Shown: positions 49,857 to 59,616 of the stretch, in pieces
How positions within the stretch are numbered: the first letter of the stretch is position 1
Layout of the letters: every line of letters begins with the position of its first letter
NCBI GenBank assembly: GCA_963841735.1
Contig: CAWJDT010000001.1
Span: forward strand, 128,001 to 192,000
Direction of reading: 5' to 3'
Origin: an uncultured Actinomycetes bacterium
GTDB taxonomy: Bacteria; Actinomycetota; Thermoleophilia; RBG-16-64-13
Length of the DNA stretch: 64,000 nt
Notes under the pieces: generated by a model
What the model saw: the letters and a program-made list of their open reading frames with translations, nothing else
The model's database searches: none
Told to the model about the DNA's origin: nothing
Position numbers and translations under genes: made by a program

Positions 49857-50552
49857 TCACACTCCCAACCACTTGTGCTGTATTTCCTTGCTGCCGCGGA
49901 GTTCATCAGCCGTGCTTGTGTGAACAACCGTCCCATTGGCGATGATGTACACATAGTCCGCCACCGTGAGGGCCATGTTCAGGTTCTGCTCGGCCAAGAA
50001 CACGGTGAGCTTTCCCTTTAGGCGACAGATAACCTGGCCGATCTGCTTGATGACCATCGGCGCCAGCCCCTCGGACGGCTCATCCATGATCAGTAGCTCC
50101 GGATTGGCCATCAGTGCCCGGGCGACCACCAACATCTGCTGCTCACCCCCGCTCAGCAGATTACCGCTCAGCCCGGCGCGCTCCTTCAGAATGGGAAACA
50201 GCTCGTGGATCTTCTCAATGTCCCAGGCATCGTCCTCCTTGACCTTCCTCTCCGCGATGGTCAGGTTCTCTTGCACGCTGAGTGACGAGAAGACGCCACG
50301 CCCCTGGGGCACGAAGGCGATGCCCTTACGGGCGATCTGGTGAGGTTCAAGACCGCTGATGACCTCGTCCTTGAACAGTATCTGGCCATTCCGCGGGGGT
50401 GTCAGGCCCATGACCGAACGCATGAGCGTGCTCTTGCCCATACCGTTCCGGCCCAGGATCGCCACCACGCTGCCCGTCGGCACATCAAGGGAGAGGTCCC
50501 ACAGCACCTGCCGGTCCCAGTAGAAGGTGTCTATGTTCTTCACAGTCAGCAA
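49857..50552 (-). CDS. Liv-type ABC transporter ATP-binding protein (LivF-like)
   Basis: GRNGMGKS, LSGGEQQM, DEPSEGLAP. Confidence 0.93.
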   Translation of the reverse strand: MLTVKNIDTFYWDRQVLWDLSLDVPTGSVVAILGRNGMGKSTLMRSVMGLTPPRNGQILFKDEVISGLEPHQIARKGIAFVPQGRGVFSSLSVQENLTIAERKVKEDDAWDIEKIHELFPILKERAGLSGNLLSGGEQQMLVVARALMANPELLIMDEPSEGLAPMVIKQIGQVICRLKGKLTVFLAEQNLNMALTVADYVYIIANGTVVHTSTADELRGSKEIQHKWLGV

Positions 50553-51295
50553 GCCTCATCGCCTCCCAGATAGATCTCCCGCACCTTGGGATCGGCACTG
50601 ATCTCGTCCGGAAGACCCTTGGTGAGTATCTCGCCGTCGTATAGCACCATGATCATGTCCGCCAGGTTGAACACCAGATCCATGTCGTGAGCGCAGAAGA
50701 CCAGCGTCGTATCAACTGCCAGCTCGCGGATCACCTCGGCAAAGGCCGCCGCCTCCGCGGTCGGCAGGCCGGCGCTGGGCTCGTCCAGCAGAACCACCTG
50801 CGGCTTTGACGCAAAGGCGGCGAGCAGCTCTACCAAGCGTTGCTCCCCATATGACAGTGTGTGCAGAGGCTCAGACCGCTTGTCGCCAAGGCCCACCGTA
50901 TCGAGCAGCCGCTCGGCCTCATGCAGGCAATCCTTGCGCTTGTCCAGCGCACTCCACATTTGAAAATGCGACCCCCGCGCACCGTAGACAGCCAGCAACA
51001 CATTGTTCAACACCGACTGGTAGAAGAAGAGGTTGTTAACCTGATAAGACCGCCCCAGCCCCGCATGCAGACGTTTGTAGGGAGCCATGTTGGTTATCCG
51101 CTTCTCGCCCAGAAACACATCTCCACCGGACGCGGGGAGCTGTCCGCCGATAACGTTGAGCAGCGTACTCTTGCCCGCGCCGTTGGGCCCTATGAGGGCC
51201 AGCCTCTCCCCAGGCTCCACGCCGAAGGTGACACCGCTCAGGACACACAGCCCACCGAAGCTCTTCGACAGATTCTCCACCCTAAGCACCGTCAT
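50546..51295 (-). CDS. Liv-type ABC transporter ATP-binding protein (LivG-like)
   Basis: GPNGAGKS, LSYGEQR, LDEPSAG, HDM. Confidence 0.93.
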   Translation of the reverse strand: MTVLRVENLSKSFGGLCVLSGVTFGVEPGERLALIGPNGAGKSTLLNVIGGQLPASGGDVFLGEKRITNMAPYKRLHAGLGRSYQVNNLFFYQSVLNNVLLAVYGARGSHFQMWSALDKRKDCLHEAERLLDTVGLGDKRSEPLHTLSYGEQRLVELLAAFASKPQVVLLDEPSAGLPTAEAAAFAEVIRELAVDTTLVFCAHDMDLVFNLADMIMVLYDGEILTKGLPDEISADPKVREIYLGGDEAC

Positions 51296-53259
51296 GGCCG
51301 CGACCCGTCATCCGAGAGCTGGTCAAGACCGACCTTGCGCGCTCGTGTCGACCACAACTTGTCCCAGATTCTGGACAGGTACCGGGCTAGGCCGCCCTTG
51401 AGGAACATCACGCTCAAAACAAACAGGCCGCCCATGATCAGATACCAGCGCGCCCCTAGATAGAGACTGGAGTAGTACTCTGCAAGCACGATGACAGCAG
51501 CGCCCAGGCAAGGGCCCCAGAGAGTGCCACCCCCGCCGATGATCACCATCAGCATCGGCCACGCGGACCTCTCCAGCGCAAAGTCTGTGGGCACCATCGT
51601 GTTGTTCTGGTAGGCCCACAGAGCCCCCGCCGCGCCGGCGAAGACCGCGGCCAGGATGATGACCGCGTATTTGGCGCCCCAGGTATTGAAGCCCAGGCTC
51701 TTCATCCGCGATTCGTTGTCGCGTATGCCCACCAACGTCCTGCCAAAACCCGAATGCGTGATGCGGTACATCAAGAGGAACCCCAGCACGAAGATCACCA
51801 GCACTAAGAAGTAGAAACTGAGATTCGTCCACTGGTGCGAACCGAACCAAAGATCGGGCTTCCTGATGCCGGGCAGACCACTCTTGCCTCTCGTCAGCGA
51901 ATTCCACTTTTCGGCTACCACGAACAGCAACTGGCCGAAAGCCATGGTTACAAGGAGGAAGTAGACGCCGGAAACCCGGAGCGATAGGAACCCTATGAAG
52001 GAGGCCAGGGCGGCGCTAAAGAACAAGGCCAGGGGGAATACGATCCAGAACGACGTGATGTCGTAGTTCTTGGTGAGTATCGCAATGACATAGCCGCCCA
52101 TGCCAAAGAAGGCGGCGTGTCCAAACGAGATCAGCCCCGTATGGCCCATCAAGAGGTCGAGGCTCATGGCGAATAGCGCAAATATCAGCACCTTGGTCAT
52201 CAAGGTCTGCTGAAAGGAGCCCACCGAGAGCGGTACGGCTATGAGCGCAGCCAGTACGATAGCGTAGGGTAGATACTTCTTCAGAAGACGCCGCCACGTA
52301 GGCTGAGTTGCGATTGCTGCACCTATAGACGTCGCCTTCCTTGGGGCCTTGCTTTTGTGGGCGGACGCCCTCTCCAGGGCATCCGACGCGTGCTGCCCGC
52401 CCCCCATCCGCTTGCCAAGCAGGCCGGAGGGCCTGAACAGGAGAATGACCACCAGCGCCCCGTAGATGAGATAGGCGGCCGCCTTGGGCGAGTACTTCTC
52501 CCCGAAGGCTTCGAGCAGACCCAGAAACGTGCCTCCAAGCAAAGCCCCTTGAACTGAACCGGCCCCACCCACCACCACGACGATCAGCGAGGTAAGTAGG
52601 GTCGTCCACGCAAGACCGCTTTCTACGCTGTATGTCTGAGAGCCCAAGAGGCCACTTAATCCTGCCACAGCCGAGCCCAGCACGAAGACTCCGGTGAAGA
52701 GCACCTTCAGGTTGACCCCAAGCGCGCTCGCGACTTCCTTGCTGTCCATGCCGGCCCGCACCTTGGCACCGACTTTCGTCTTGTCTTGGAACAGCCAGAG
52801 GAGCAAAGCCATGACCAGGCCAAACGCGATGAGGAAGAAGCGCCACAGAGAGAGCGTGACGCTACCGACCTGTACCGAAGCGGAGAAGATCGAGGGCGAT
52901 ATGCCACTCTGTGGCAGCGTCCCCCATATCCAGGTCGCCGACCCTATGAGCACGTATATGAAGCCGATGGTGAGAAGCACCTGGTCGGCTTCCTGCTTGT
53001 AGAGCCGCCGAAGGAAGCCCGTCTCGATCAGCAGACCGAGCGCCGCGGCGCAAGCCGCGGCGGCCAGACCCCCTACCCAGAAGTTCCCAGTCTGCTTGGC
53101 CACGTACAGGCCTACAAAGGCACCCACCATGTAGAGGGCGCCGTGGGCCATGTTCACGATCCTCATCAGGCCCATGGTCAGGGATAGCCCGGTAGCCAGG
53201 AGGAAGAAGATGGACCCGCGAGAGAGTCCGATAACAAAGACGGACAGCACTTCACCCAT
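51292..53259 (-). CDS. Fused LivH-LivM type ABC permease
   Basis: NMAHG...RPSGLLG followed by SFGHAAF...GGGGTLWGP in one uninterrupted ORF. Confidence 0.9.
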   Translation of the reverse strand: MGEVLSVFVIGLSRGSIFFLLATGLSLTMGLMRIVNMAHGALYMVGAFVGLYVAKQTGNFWVGGLAAAACAAALGLLIETGFLRRLYKQEADQVLLTIGFIYVLIGSATWIWGTLPQSGISPSIFSASVQVGSVTLSLWRFFLIAFGLVMALLLWLFQDKTKVGAKVRAGMDSKEVASALGVNLKVLFTGVFVLGSAVAGLSGLLGSQTYSVESGLAWTTLLTSLIVVVVGGAGSVQGALLGGTFLGLLEAFGEKYSPKAAAYLIYGALVVILLFRPSGLLGKRMGGGQHASDALERASAHKSKAPRKATSIGAAIATQPTWRRLLKKYLPYAIVLAALIAVPLSVGSFQQTLMTKVLIFALFAMSLDLLMGHTGLISFGHAAFFGMGGYVIAILTKNYDITSFWIVFPLALFFSAALASFIGFLSLRVSGVYFLLVTMAFGQLLFVVAEKWNSLTRGKSGLPGIRKPDLWFGSHQWTNLSFYFLVLVIFVLGFLLMYRITHSGFGRTLVGIRDNESRMKSLGFNTWGAKYAVIILAAVFAGAAGALWAYQNNTMVPTDFALERSAWPMLMVIIGGGGTLWGPCLGAAVIVLAEYYSSLYLGARWYLIMGGLFVLSVMFLKGGLARYLSRIWDKLWSTRARKVGLDQLSDDGSRP

Positions 53260-53351
53260 TCGGAGCCTTGCCTTCTCTCGTCATCGCATGTCCTCCCGCG
53301 ACCATGTCGCCAGCCGCAATATGATGTCCGGTAGATTTCACTTCAGACCTA

Positions 53352-53394
53352 GACGGAGATGTGGGGGAACGGAATCAGTTCCCCCACATCCGTC
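53352..53394. terminator. Intra-operon hairpin after the SBP gene (mRNA stabiliser/attenuator)
   Basis: GATGTGGGGGAAC...GTTCCCCCACATC. Confidence 0.6.
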
Positions 53395-53430
53395 GCTATC
53401 TAGACTTCTGGCGATTCTTTCGTCAACCGT

Positions 53431-54729
53431 CTACTTGCTCAGGCCTTCCGGCGGAACGTCTTCATACGTCTTCACGAGAGCGTACTTGTATATGGGTCCC
53501 ACGTTGGGGATCTCCACCTTTATGACTTCCACGATGTAGAAGGGCTTTGTCGCGGCCTGGCTACCGGCGGCGAAGAACTCCCTGCCTTCGGGACCGACGA
53601 AGTCGGTTGCGAGCAAGGCATCGCGCAGGCTGGCCGGCGACAGGTCAGAAGCAACAGAGTTCGCCGCGGCCAAGAAGAGCTGGCCGCCCTGGACCGCACA
53701 CGCGTAGCCGTCGTCTCCGGGAGGACCATACTTGAGCGTCGGCGTGATCCCCGCGACGTAAGCCAGGTTCACGGGATCCGTAGAATCAGGGTTCCAGGCC
53801 ATAACGGTCTGGGTGCCTATCAGCTTCTCCGCGGTCGCCGGATCGGCCTGCGCTATGGAGTTCATGGCAAACGGGTCCAACATGCCTCCGTGGTACAGGC
53901 CCACGATGTCCATCTTCTTGTCGATACCCAATTCGACGTACTGCTTGAGCATCGAGATGCCCGCGCTGCCACCGTACCAAGTCACCAAGGCGTCCGCGGG
54001 CTCAAGGTTGGCCAGATAGACCGAGTAGTCCTCGCCGTAAGGAGTGTCTTGCCTCTGCACCACTGTGCCACCGAGCGCTTCGTAGTGCGCCACAAAAGGA
54101 TCGAAGAAGGATTTGGCGCCGGTGTCTTCGCCACCAATGACATCGATGGTCTTGTAGCCCAGATCGTTGTAGATGTGATCAGCGATCACAGTCATGGGCT
54201 CGAGAGTCGTACCACCAGAAGCTATGACCCACTCGTTGTCTAGGAGTTCAGAAGGAGTGGGATTGTAGAAGATGATGGGAATGCCAACCTCTTCACAATA
54301 GGCGGCCACGGCCTCTTTCTGAGCTACCTGAGTCGGGCCTATGATGGCGACGACTCCTTCGTTCTCAACCAGTCTTCTGGCCGCCTCGACAGCACCCGCC
54401 GTGTCCGACTTGGCGTCGGCCTCAACGATCTGAACCGGCCGGCCGCCCACCGTGGCGTTTGTCAGCGCGTAATCCAAACCCGCCTTCATGACGAAGCCGA
54501 CATTCTCTTGGTAGCCCGTGAGATCTACGATGTGTCCCACTTTGATGGGTTCGGTGCTTGCCACGGTCGTATCGGTCGAAGCCGCGGTCGTATCGGTCGA
54601 AGCCACAGTAGTGTCGGTGGCCGCACCAGAAGTTGTAGTAGTAGCTTCCTCGCCGCCACACGCAACGGCCGTCATGGCGACGACCAGCAGCAGTACGAGC
54701 AACCCAGCTGACACGTAACGTTTCTTCAT
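53431..54729 (-). CDS. Liv-type ABC substrate-binding lipoprotein
   Basis: AVAC lipobox, Thr-rich linker, PIKVG..DLTG, type I periplasmic-binding-protein motifs. Confidence 0.9.
   Translation of the reverse strand: MKKRYVSAGLLVLLLVVAMTAVACGGEEATTTTSGAATDTTVASTDTTAASTDTTVASTEPIKVGHIVDLTGYQENVGFVMKAGLDYALTNATVGGRPVQIVEADAKSDTAGAVEAARRLVENEGVVAIIGPTQVAQKEAVAAYCEEVGIPIIFYNPTPSELLDNEWVIASGGTTLEPMTVIADHIYNDLGYKTIDVIGGEDTGAKSFFDPFVAHYEALGGTVVQRQDTPYGEDYSVYLANLEPADALVTWYGGSAGISMLKQYVELGIDKKMDIVGLYHGGMLDPFAMNSIAQADPATAEKLIGTQTVMAWNPDSTDPVNLAYVAGITPTLKYGPPGDDGYACAVQGGQLFLAAANSVASDLSPASLRDALLATDFVGPEGREFFAAGSQAATKPFYIVEVIKVEIPNVGPIYKYALVKTYEDVPPEGLSK
54560..54622 (-). repeat. 3x21-bp coding tandem repeat (TDTT(V/A)AS linker)
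   Basis: GCC(A/G)CGGTCGTATCGGTCGAA units. Confidence 0.8.
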
Positions 54730-54995
54730 TGCTCCTCCGTCCCTCTTCTTAAGTAGACCCTATCGATGGAGTTCGGTCGACATGACTCGCTGTCTATTCC
54801 TCTCGGCCCCTCCTTCCGCGCTTCCTGGCCCGCCCTTTGCGTCATCATTGCGTCGCCCTCTTCAACTGGGACATGAATACGCCTATCATGACTGGGAGGC
54901 GCCCATCGTAGCGCGCTCTATAGCTATTTGCAAGGCTGTACTCTATAGTGCGGACTGGCTGGCTACACTAGTCTGCGGCCCGGACCGAGAAGGGG

Positions 54996-55748
54996 GTGAT
55001 GACGGCGAGTAACACAGCACCCGCGACAAGCAAGGAAGACGACCGCCTACCGCCCTATCAGCGGATAGCGGCCATCATCTCGGCACGCGTCGCCGACGGC
55101 ACATATGCTCCCGGAAGCAAGTTGCCGGCCGAACCTCAGTTCCGCACCGAATTCGGCGTGAGCTTGATGACGCTGCGCAAGGCCCTCGCTGTTCTGGCCG
55201 ACCAGGGGCTTGTCCATGCTGAGAAAGGTCGCGGCACTTACATCCGGACTATCGCTCTCACCGACAGCATCTTCAAATTGGAGCAACCCAACAACGGCTG
55301 GCTTGACGAATCCACGGAGAGCAGACTGTTGGGCGTTTCCACGGTGAAGGCCGATCCGCAAGTGGCCGAGAAGCTGGCCATCACTCCGGGCACGCGGGTG
55401 GTCTATCTGAGGCGCCTTATCTTGAAGTGCCAGATACCTGCCATGTACTACATCGAGTACGTGGTCTTTGATGCGCGCAAACCGCTTATCGAATCCCAGC
55501 TGCAACTGACCACGCTTGACGGCGTCCTGCAGGCGGCACGAGGCAGTGGCTTCTCACGGGGCAATGTGAAACTCACGGCGCGGTGTCTCGACGAGGAGGC
55601 CGCCCAGATTCTGCAGGTTCCCGCCTGCTCGGCGGCACTTTGTCTCGAGCATGTCTTTGAGGATGGCACTCGCAAACCGATGAGTTGGGGCCGGTTCCTC
55701 ATGCGCGCCGACTTGTTTCAGCTCTCCGCCCAGCTCGGGCCCGAATGA
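54996..55748 (+). CDS. GntR/HutC-family regulator (UTRA domain)
   Basis: PPYQRI, LPAEPQF, VSLMTLRKAL, KGRGTY. Confidence 0.9.
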   Translation: MMTASNTAPATSKEDDRLPPYQRIAAIISARVADGTYAPGSKLPAEPQFRTEFGVSLMTLRKALAVLADQGLVHAEKGRGTYIRTIALTDSIFKLEQPNNGWLDESTESRLLGVSTVKADPQVAEKLAITPGTRVVYLRRLILKCQIPAMYYIEYVVFDARKPLIESQLQLTTLDGVLQAARGSGFSRGNVKLTARCLDEEAAQILQVPACSAALCLEHVFEDGTRKPMSWGRFLMRADLFQLSAQLGPE

Positions 55749-55765
55749 CCAACCTAGGAGCAGGC

Positions 55766-56422
55766 ATGGCAGCGATCGATACTCTCGCAAACGCCCTGGT
55801 GGAACTCGACGAGGAAGGCACCCTAGGCATCGCCCGCGAGATCTTGGCGGAAGGAAACACCCCGACGCTCACCCTTATCAGCGCATGCCAACAGGCCATG
55901 CGCGTGGTGGGGGAGCGATACGAGCGCCAGGAATACTACCTAGCAGGCCTGATCCTAGCCGGAGAGCTGTTCAAGGAGGTCTTGGAGCTTGTAGAGCCGC
56001 AGGACGATGCGCCTCGCCACGTAGGCACCGCGGGCACGATCCTGCTGGCCACGGTCAAGGGCGATATCCATGATATTGGGAAGAATCTCTTCGCTTCCAC
56101 GCTTCGCGGATATGGCTTTGAGGTCGTCGACCTTGGCGTTGACGTGCCCAAAGAAGCCATAGCTGAGGCGGTCAACACATTCAGACCAGACGTCGTCTGC
56201 TTGTCGGGCCTCATCACCACGGCCTTCCAAAGTATGAAGGCCACTGTGGACTTGGTCCGGGCGCAGGTTCCCAAAGGCATGACTGCTCCCCCCGTGGTCT
56301 TGGGAGGAGGCACGGTGGACGATCAGATCTGCCGATACGCCGGAGCCGACTCCTGGAGCAGCGACGCTATCGAGGGCGTAAGGATATGTCTACGCCTGGT
56401 GGAGCAAGCGCGGCAGAGCTAG
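55766..56422 (+). CDS. Methyltransferase corrinoid (B12-binding) protein
   Basis: Four-helix cap plus GDIHDIGKN, DLGVDV, LSGL, GGG. Confidence 0.93.
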   Translation: MAAIDTLANALVELDEEGTLGIAREILAEGNTPTLTLISACQQAMRVVGERYERQEYYLAGLILAGELFKEVLELVEPQDDAPRHVGTAGTILLATVKGDIHDIGKNLFASTLRGYGFEVVDLGVDVPKEAIAEAVNTFRPDVVCLSGLITTAFQSMKATVDLVRAQVPKGMTAPPVVLGGGTVDDQICRYAGADSWSSDAIEGVRICLRLVEQARQS

Positions 56423-56459
56423 CAGGCTGCTGAACCCACGTGCTCTGGGCCCGCTTGCT

Positions 56460-57731
56460 TCAGAGGGAGCCGTACTCGTCTACGGCCTCGCGCAGAGCCA
56501 TCACGTTCTCGGGCAAGGCCTCATCGGGGATACCCAGGTTTGAGTCGATTATCAAGGCGCCCGTGTCTCCAAACATGTCGAGAAGTCTCTTCACATCGTC
56601 TTTGACCTGCTGGGGCGTCCCGGTGCACAAGAGGGAGGCGGGCACGTTGCCCCAAAAACACATCACATCCCCACACATCTCCTTGAACCGCTTGCGGTCT
56701 ATCTGGTCGAAGTGACCCGCTATCTTGCCCGCGGGAAGTTGGGCCAGATATTTGAGCCGAGAGGTGTAGTTGCCTTCGAACAGGAGAATCGGCGTCAGAC
56801 CGGCCGCAATCAGCGCGTCGACCAGTTGCACAAGGGTAGGCCAGTAGAACTTCTCAAACGCCTCTTCGCTCATGTAGTTGTCCGCACCCATATGCATGGG
56901 GACGAACACTCGAGGGTTGCCGCTCGTCCGAGCGACGGCGATAGCAGCGCCAACGGAAGAGGGGTGCATCATCTCGACGGCCGCAAGCAGTTTGTCGGGC
57001 CGCCGGTAGATGTCCAGACTGCTGCCCATCAGACCCCGAAGAAAAGCCGCTACCTGGTCGAAGGCTGCCGCGGACGACGCGTGGAAGGCGTACGGATAGC
57101 CAAGCGCCGCCATCTCTCCGATGTGTGCGCTCAAGGCCGCGTTATTCGCATCGGCCGCGTCGGCCAAACGCAGGAGCGCCTCAAGTGTGCGCCGCATGGC
57201 CGGCTCGGCCACGAGCGTGGCGCCCATATACAGCAGGCTGTAGGCATTCGAAAGCCAGTGAAGAGGTGGGAACTCCGTCTGCCCGAATCCGGAGAACGCA
57301 GTCGCGATGCGCGGCAGGAGCTTCGTCAATGTGAAATGGTCGGGATCCGCCAGGAACTCGTCGTATTCGTCCTCGGCCACCCAATCGTGCTCCACGAACT
57401 GGAAGGCAGCATCGTCGGGCAGATCGCCGCCCGGCCACCTGACCTGAAGAGTGCCCAAGGCCTCAAGGCCTTGAGACGACAGCAACCTGTTGGGCACGGC
57501 GAAGTCCCAGCCAAACGCCAGGTCGGCCTCTTTCGTCGCACTGTAACGCACGGCATCGCCATAACCGGCATCTCGATTGGAGATGCATTTGATCCTCGTA
57601 GGGAAGTAGTGGACCATGAGCGGGATGACCGGCACCCGGTCCGGCTTCTTCAGGGCAACGATGTCGTTGAAGCGCTGCTCGCGCTCGGCGTAGAGTCTAC
57701 CCGACTGGTCACTCAGACCCTTAATTTGCAC
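56460..57731 (-). CDS. Uroporphyrinogen decarboxylase/MtaA-like family protein
   Basis: PDRVPV, EDEYD, FLRG, MHMG, FYWPTL, GNVP, ENVMA. Confidence 0.85.
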   Translation of the reverse strand: MQIKGLSDQSGRLYAEREQRFNDIVALKKPDRVPVIPLMVHYFPTRIKCISNRDAGYGDAVRYSATKEADLAFGWDFAVPNRLLSSQGLEALGTLQVRWPGGDLPDDAAFQFVEHDWVAEDEYDEFLADPDHFTLTKLLPRIATAFSGFGQTEFPPLHWLSNAYSLLYMGATLVAEPAMRRTLEALLRLADAADANNAALSAHIGEMAALGYPYAFHASSAAAFDQVAAFLRGLMGSSLDIYRRPDKLLAAVEMMHPSSVGAAIAVARTSGNPRVFVPMHMGADNYMSEEAFEKFYWPTLVQLVDALIAAGLTPILLFEGNYTSRLKYLAQLPAGKIAGHFDQIDRKRFKEMCGDVMCFWGNVPASLLCTGTPQQVKDDVKRLLDMFGDTGALIIDSNLGIPDEALPENVMALREAVDEYGSL

Positions 57732-57854
57732 GCCCGCTTCCTTCCCCTATCCCACAGACTATGTGGCCGCACGACACGCACCCCGTGTCGCCAGAAGCGC
57801 AGTCTAGCAGCTGTTGGGCCCATGCCGTTACGGCCCAAGTGCCGAGCAGCCCCC

Positions 57855-59594
57855 TCAGCCCTTCTTTCGGAGCCTCTCGGTGGCGGAGCGGTCGATCGCA
57901 TAAGTCAGCGGGTCGATCACCACCTTGTACACGTCTCTGGCCATGCTCACGGAGACCAGCTCATCGACGACGTCAGCGCGCACCGCCTCGGGGTCGCGCT
58001 CCTCGGGCCGGCCCACCCCGGCTCCGCCCCCCGTAAGAGTCGTCAGGCGGTCGCCGTCCTTCAGGTACATGTCGCGGTGTGGTTCGGTGATGTCGATAGT
58101 CTCTGCGCCTCGCTGCACCGACGCCTGGTTCAGCGGGGTATCTCCGCCTCCATGCTGTCCTTTGGCCTGTGTGCTGAAGCCCGACCAAGAGCCGCAGAGC
58201 AGTTTGGAGTCTCCGCCTTCGTTCACCGCCTTCCAGACGACCCCGGGAGCCCCGCGCCAACGGCCGGGCCCGTGCGAGTCGGTGCGGTACTCGTACTGTT
58301 CGATGCGCCAGGGAAAGCGAGCCATCTCCTCCTCGGCGTCGGTCTTGCCCACCACCCCAAGAGTGCCCATGTCGCAGGTGCACTGATATCCGTCATATCC
58401 GGTGACCGCCCCACCACCAGCAGCCGAGCAGAACGAGCTGTACACGTACATACTGTCGGACTCCTGCTCCTTGCCAATGATCAGGGGAGCGATCAGCCGC
58501 GCGTACGGCGAGACGGCTTGTTTCGGCAGGGCTTGAGACATGACATCGAGCACGGTCTCAATGGCCACGCTCCCTGTTATCGCGGTAGCGCTGGCCACCA
58601 GAGCGCCGGGGTTACAGTCCACCACTGAGCCCTCGCGGGTAATCACATGTATGGGCCGCATACTGCCCTCGTTGTGGTAGGCAGCCAGCTCACTGCCCAA
58701 GAAGAGAAAGCTGGTGCAGAGCACGTCGCTCATTAGCGGCGGGTAGTAGCAGTTGATCATGCCGGCCACCTGATCATCCGAGCCGGAAAAGTCGAAGTAG
58801 ATCTCGCCGCCCTTGATAGTGAGCTCGCAGCGGATGGTGACCGGTCGCCCTAGGGCGAGCCCGTCGTCGTCGGTCTGAGCCTCGGCGGTCCACGTGCCTT
58901 CGGGCCACTGCGCGATCTTGGCCCGCACGGCCTTCTCGGTACGCTCGATCATCTCTCTCACGCACGCCGTCACCGTGGCCTTGCCATACTTGTCGAGCAG
59001 CTGCACCATCCGCTGCTCGGCCACGGTGGTGCTGCCCATGAGCGAGGCCATCTCGCGCCGCATCATGTCAGGCAACCGGTTGTTGGCCAGGATCAACTCC
59101 ACCACGTCTTCGCGTAGTACGTTGTCCTCGGCCACCTTGATCATGGGGATATGGAAGCCCTCCGCGATGGAGTCGTGGGCCAAGAAGTGGCTACCGGGCT
59201 GGGCACCGCCGTTATCGGCCACGTGCGTGCCCATGCAGGTGAAGAAGACCAGTTCGTCCTGGTAGAAGATCGGCTTGACGAACACCCAGTCAGGAAGGTG
59301 CACCGCACCTTCACGAGGCAGGTTGGTCAGATAGATGTCGCCCATCTTGATGCGATCGCCGAACTTCTCCTTCACACGGCGGATGGGGTAGGTGCTTGAG
59401 ATCAGGCGTGGCGGGAAACCCTCGGGTATGGCGATCGCCTGGCCTTCCGCGTCCCAGATGCCGTAAGCGAGATCGTGCAGCGTCACCACCAGCACGTTGG
59501 TGGCCGTGCGTTCCGCCGCATACCTCATCTCGCGGCAGACCCTCTGTATGTAGTGCCAGATGGTGGCTACTGCGATAGGGTCTATGGTCGTCAC
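57855..59594 (-). CDS. Hydantoinase B/oxoprolinase family protein
   Basis: DPI...EM, HD, HLPD, THVAD, DFSGS, G.WRG, GG.G.G.P..RD. Confidence 0.92.
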   Translation of the reverse strand: MTTIDPIAVATIWHYIQRVCREMRYAAERTATNVLVVTLHDLAYGIWDAEGQAIAIPEGFPPRLISSTYPIRRVKEKFGDRIKMGDIYLTNLPREGAVHLPDWVFVKPIFYQDELVFFTCMGTHVADNGGAQPGSHFLAHDSIAEGFHIPMIKVAEDNVLREDVVELILANNRLPDMMRREMASLMGSTTVAEQRMVQLLDKYGKATVTACVREMIERTEKAVRAKIAQWPEGTWTAEAQTDDDGLALGRPVTIRCELTIKGGEIYFDFSGSDDQVAGMINCYYPPLMSDVLCTSFLFLGSELAAYHNEGSMRPIHVITREGSVVDCNPGALVASATAITGSVAIETVLDVMSQALPKQAVSPYARLIAPLIIGKEQESDSMYVYSSFCSAAGGGAVTGYDGYQCTCDMGTLGVVGKTDAEEEMARFPWRIEQYEYRTDSHGPGRWRGAPGVVWKAVNEGGDSKLLCGSWSGFSTQAKGQHGGGDTPLNQASVQRGAETIDITEPHRDMYLKDGDRLTTLTGGGAGVGRPEERDPEAVRADVVDELVSVSMARDVYKVVIDPLTYAIDRSATERLRKKG

Positions 59595-59616
59595 GTTTCT
59601 CCCCCGACGTCACCGT

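Noticed and set aside
54730-54995. Cobalamin riboswitch upstream of the GntR/corrinoid or ABC genes
   Set aside because: No recognisable B12-box consensus; only short CTCTATAG direct repeats that may be GntR sites, too weak to call.
47088-57731. Heme biosynthesis (hemE) genes
   Set aside because: The proteins are longer than HemE, sit in a corrinoid/demethylase context, and have no other hem genes nearby.
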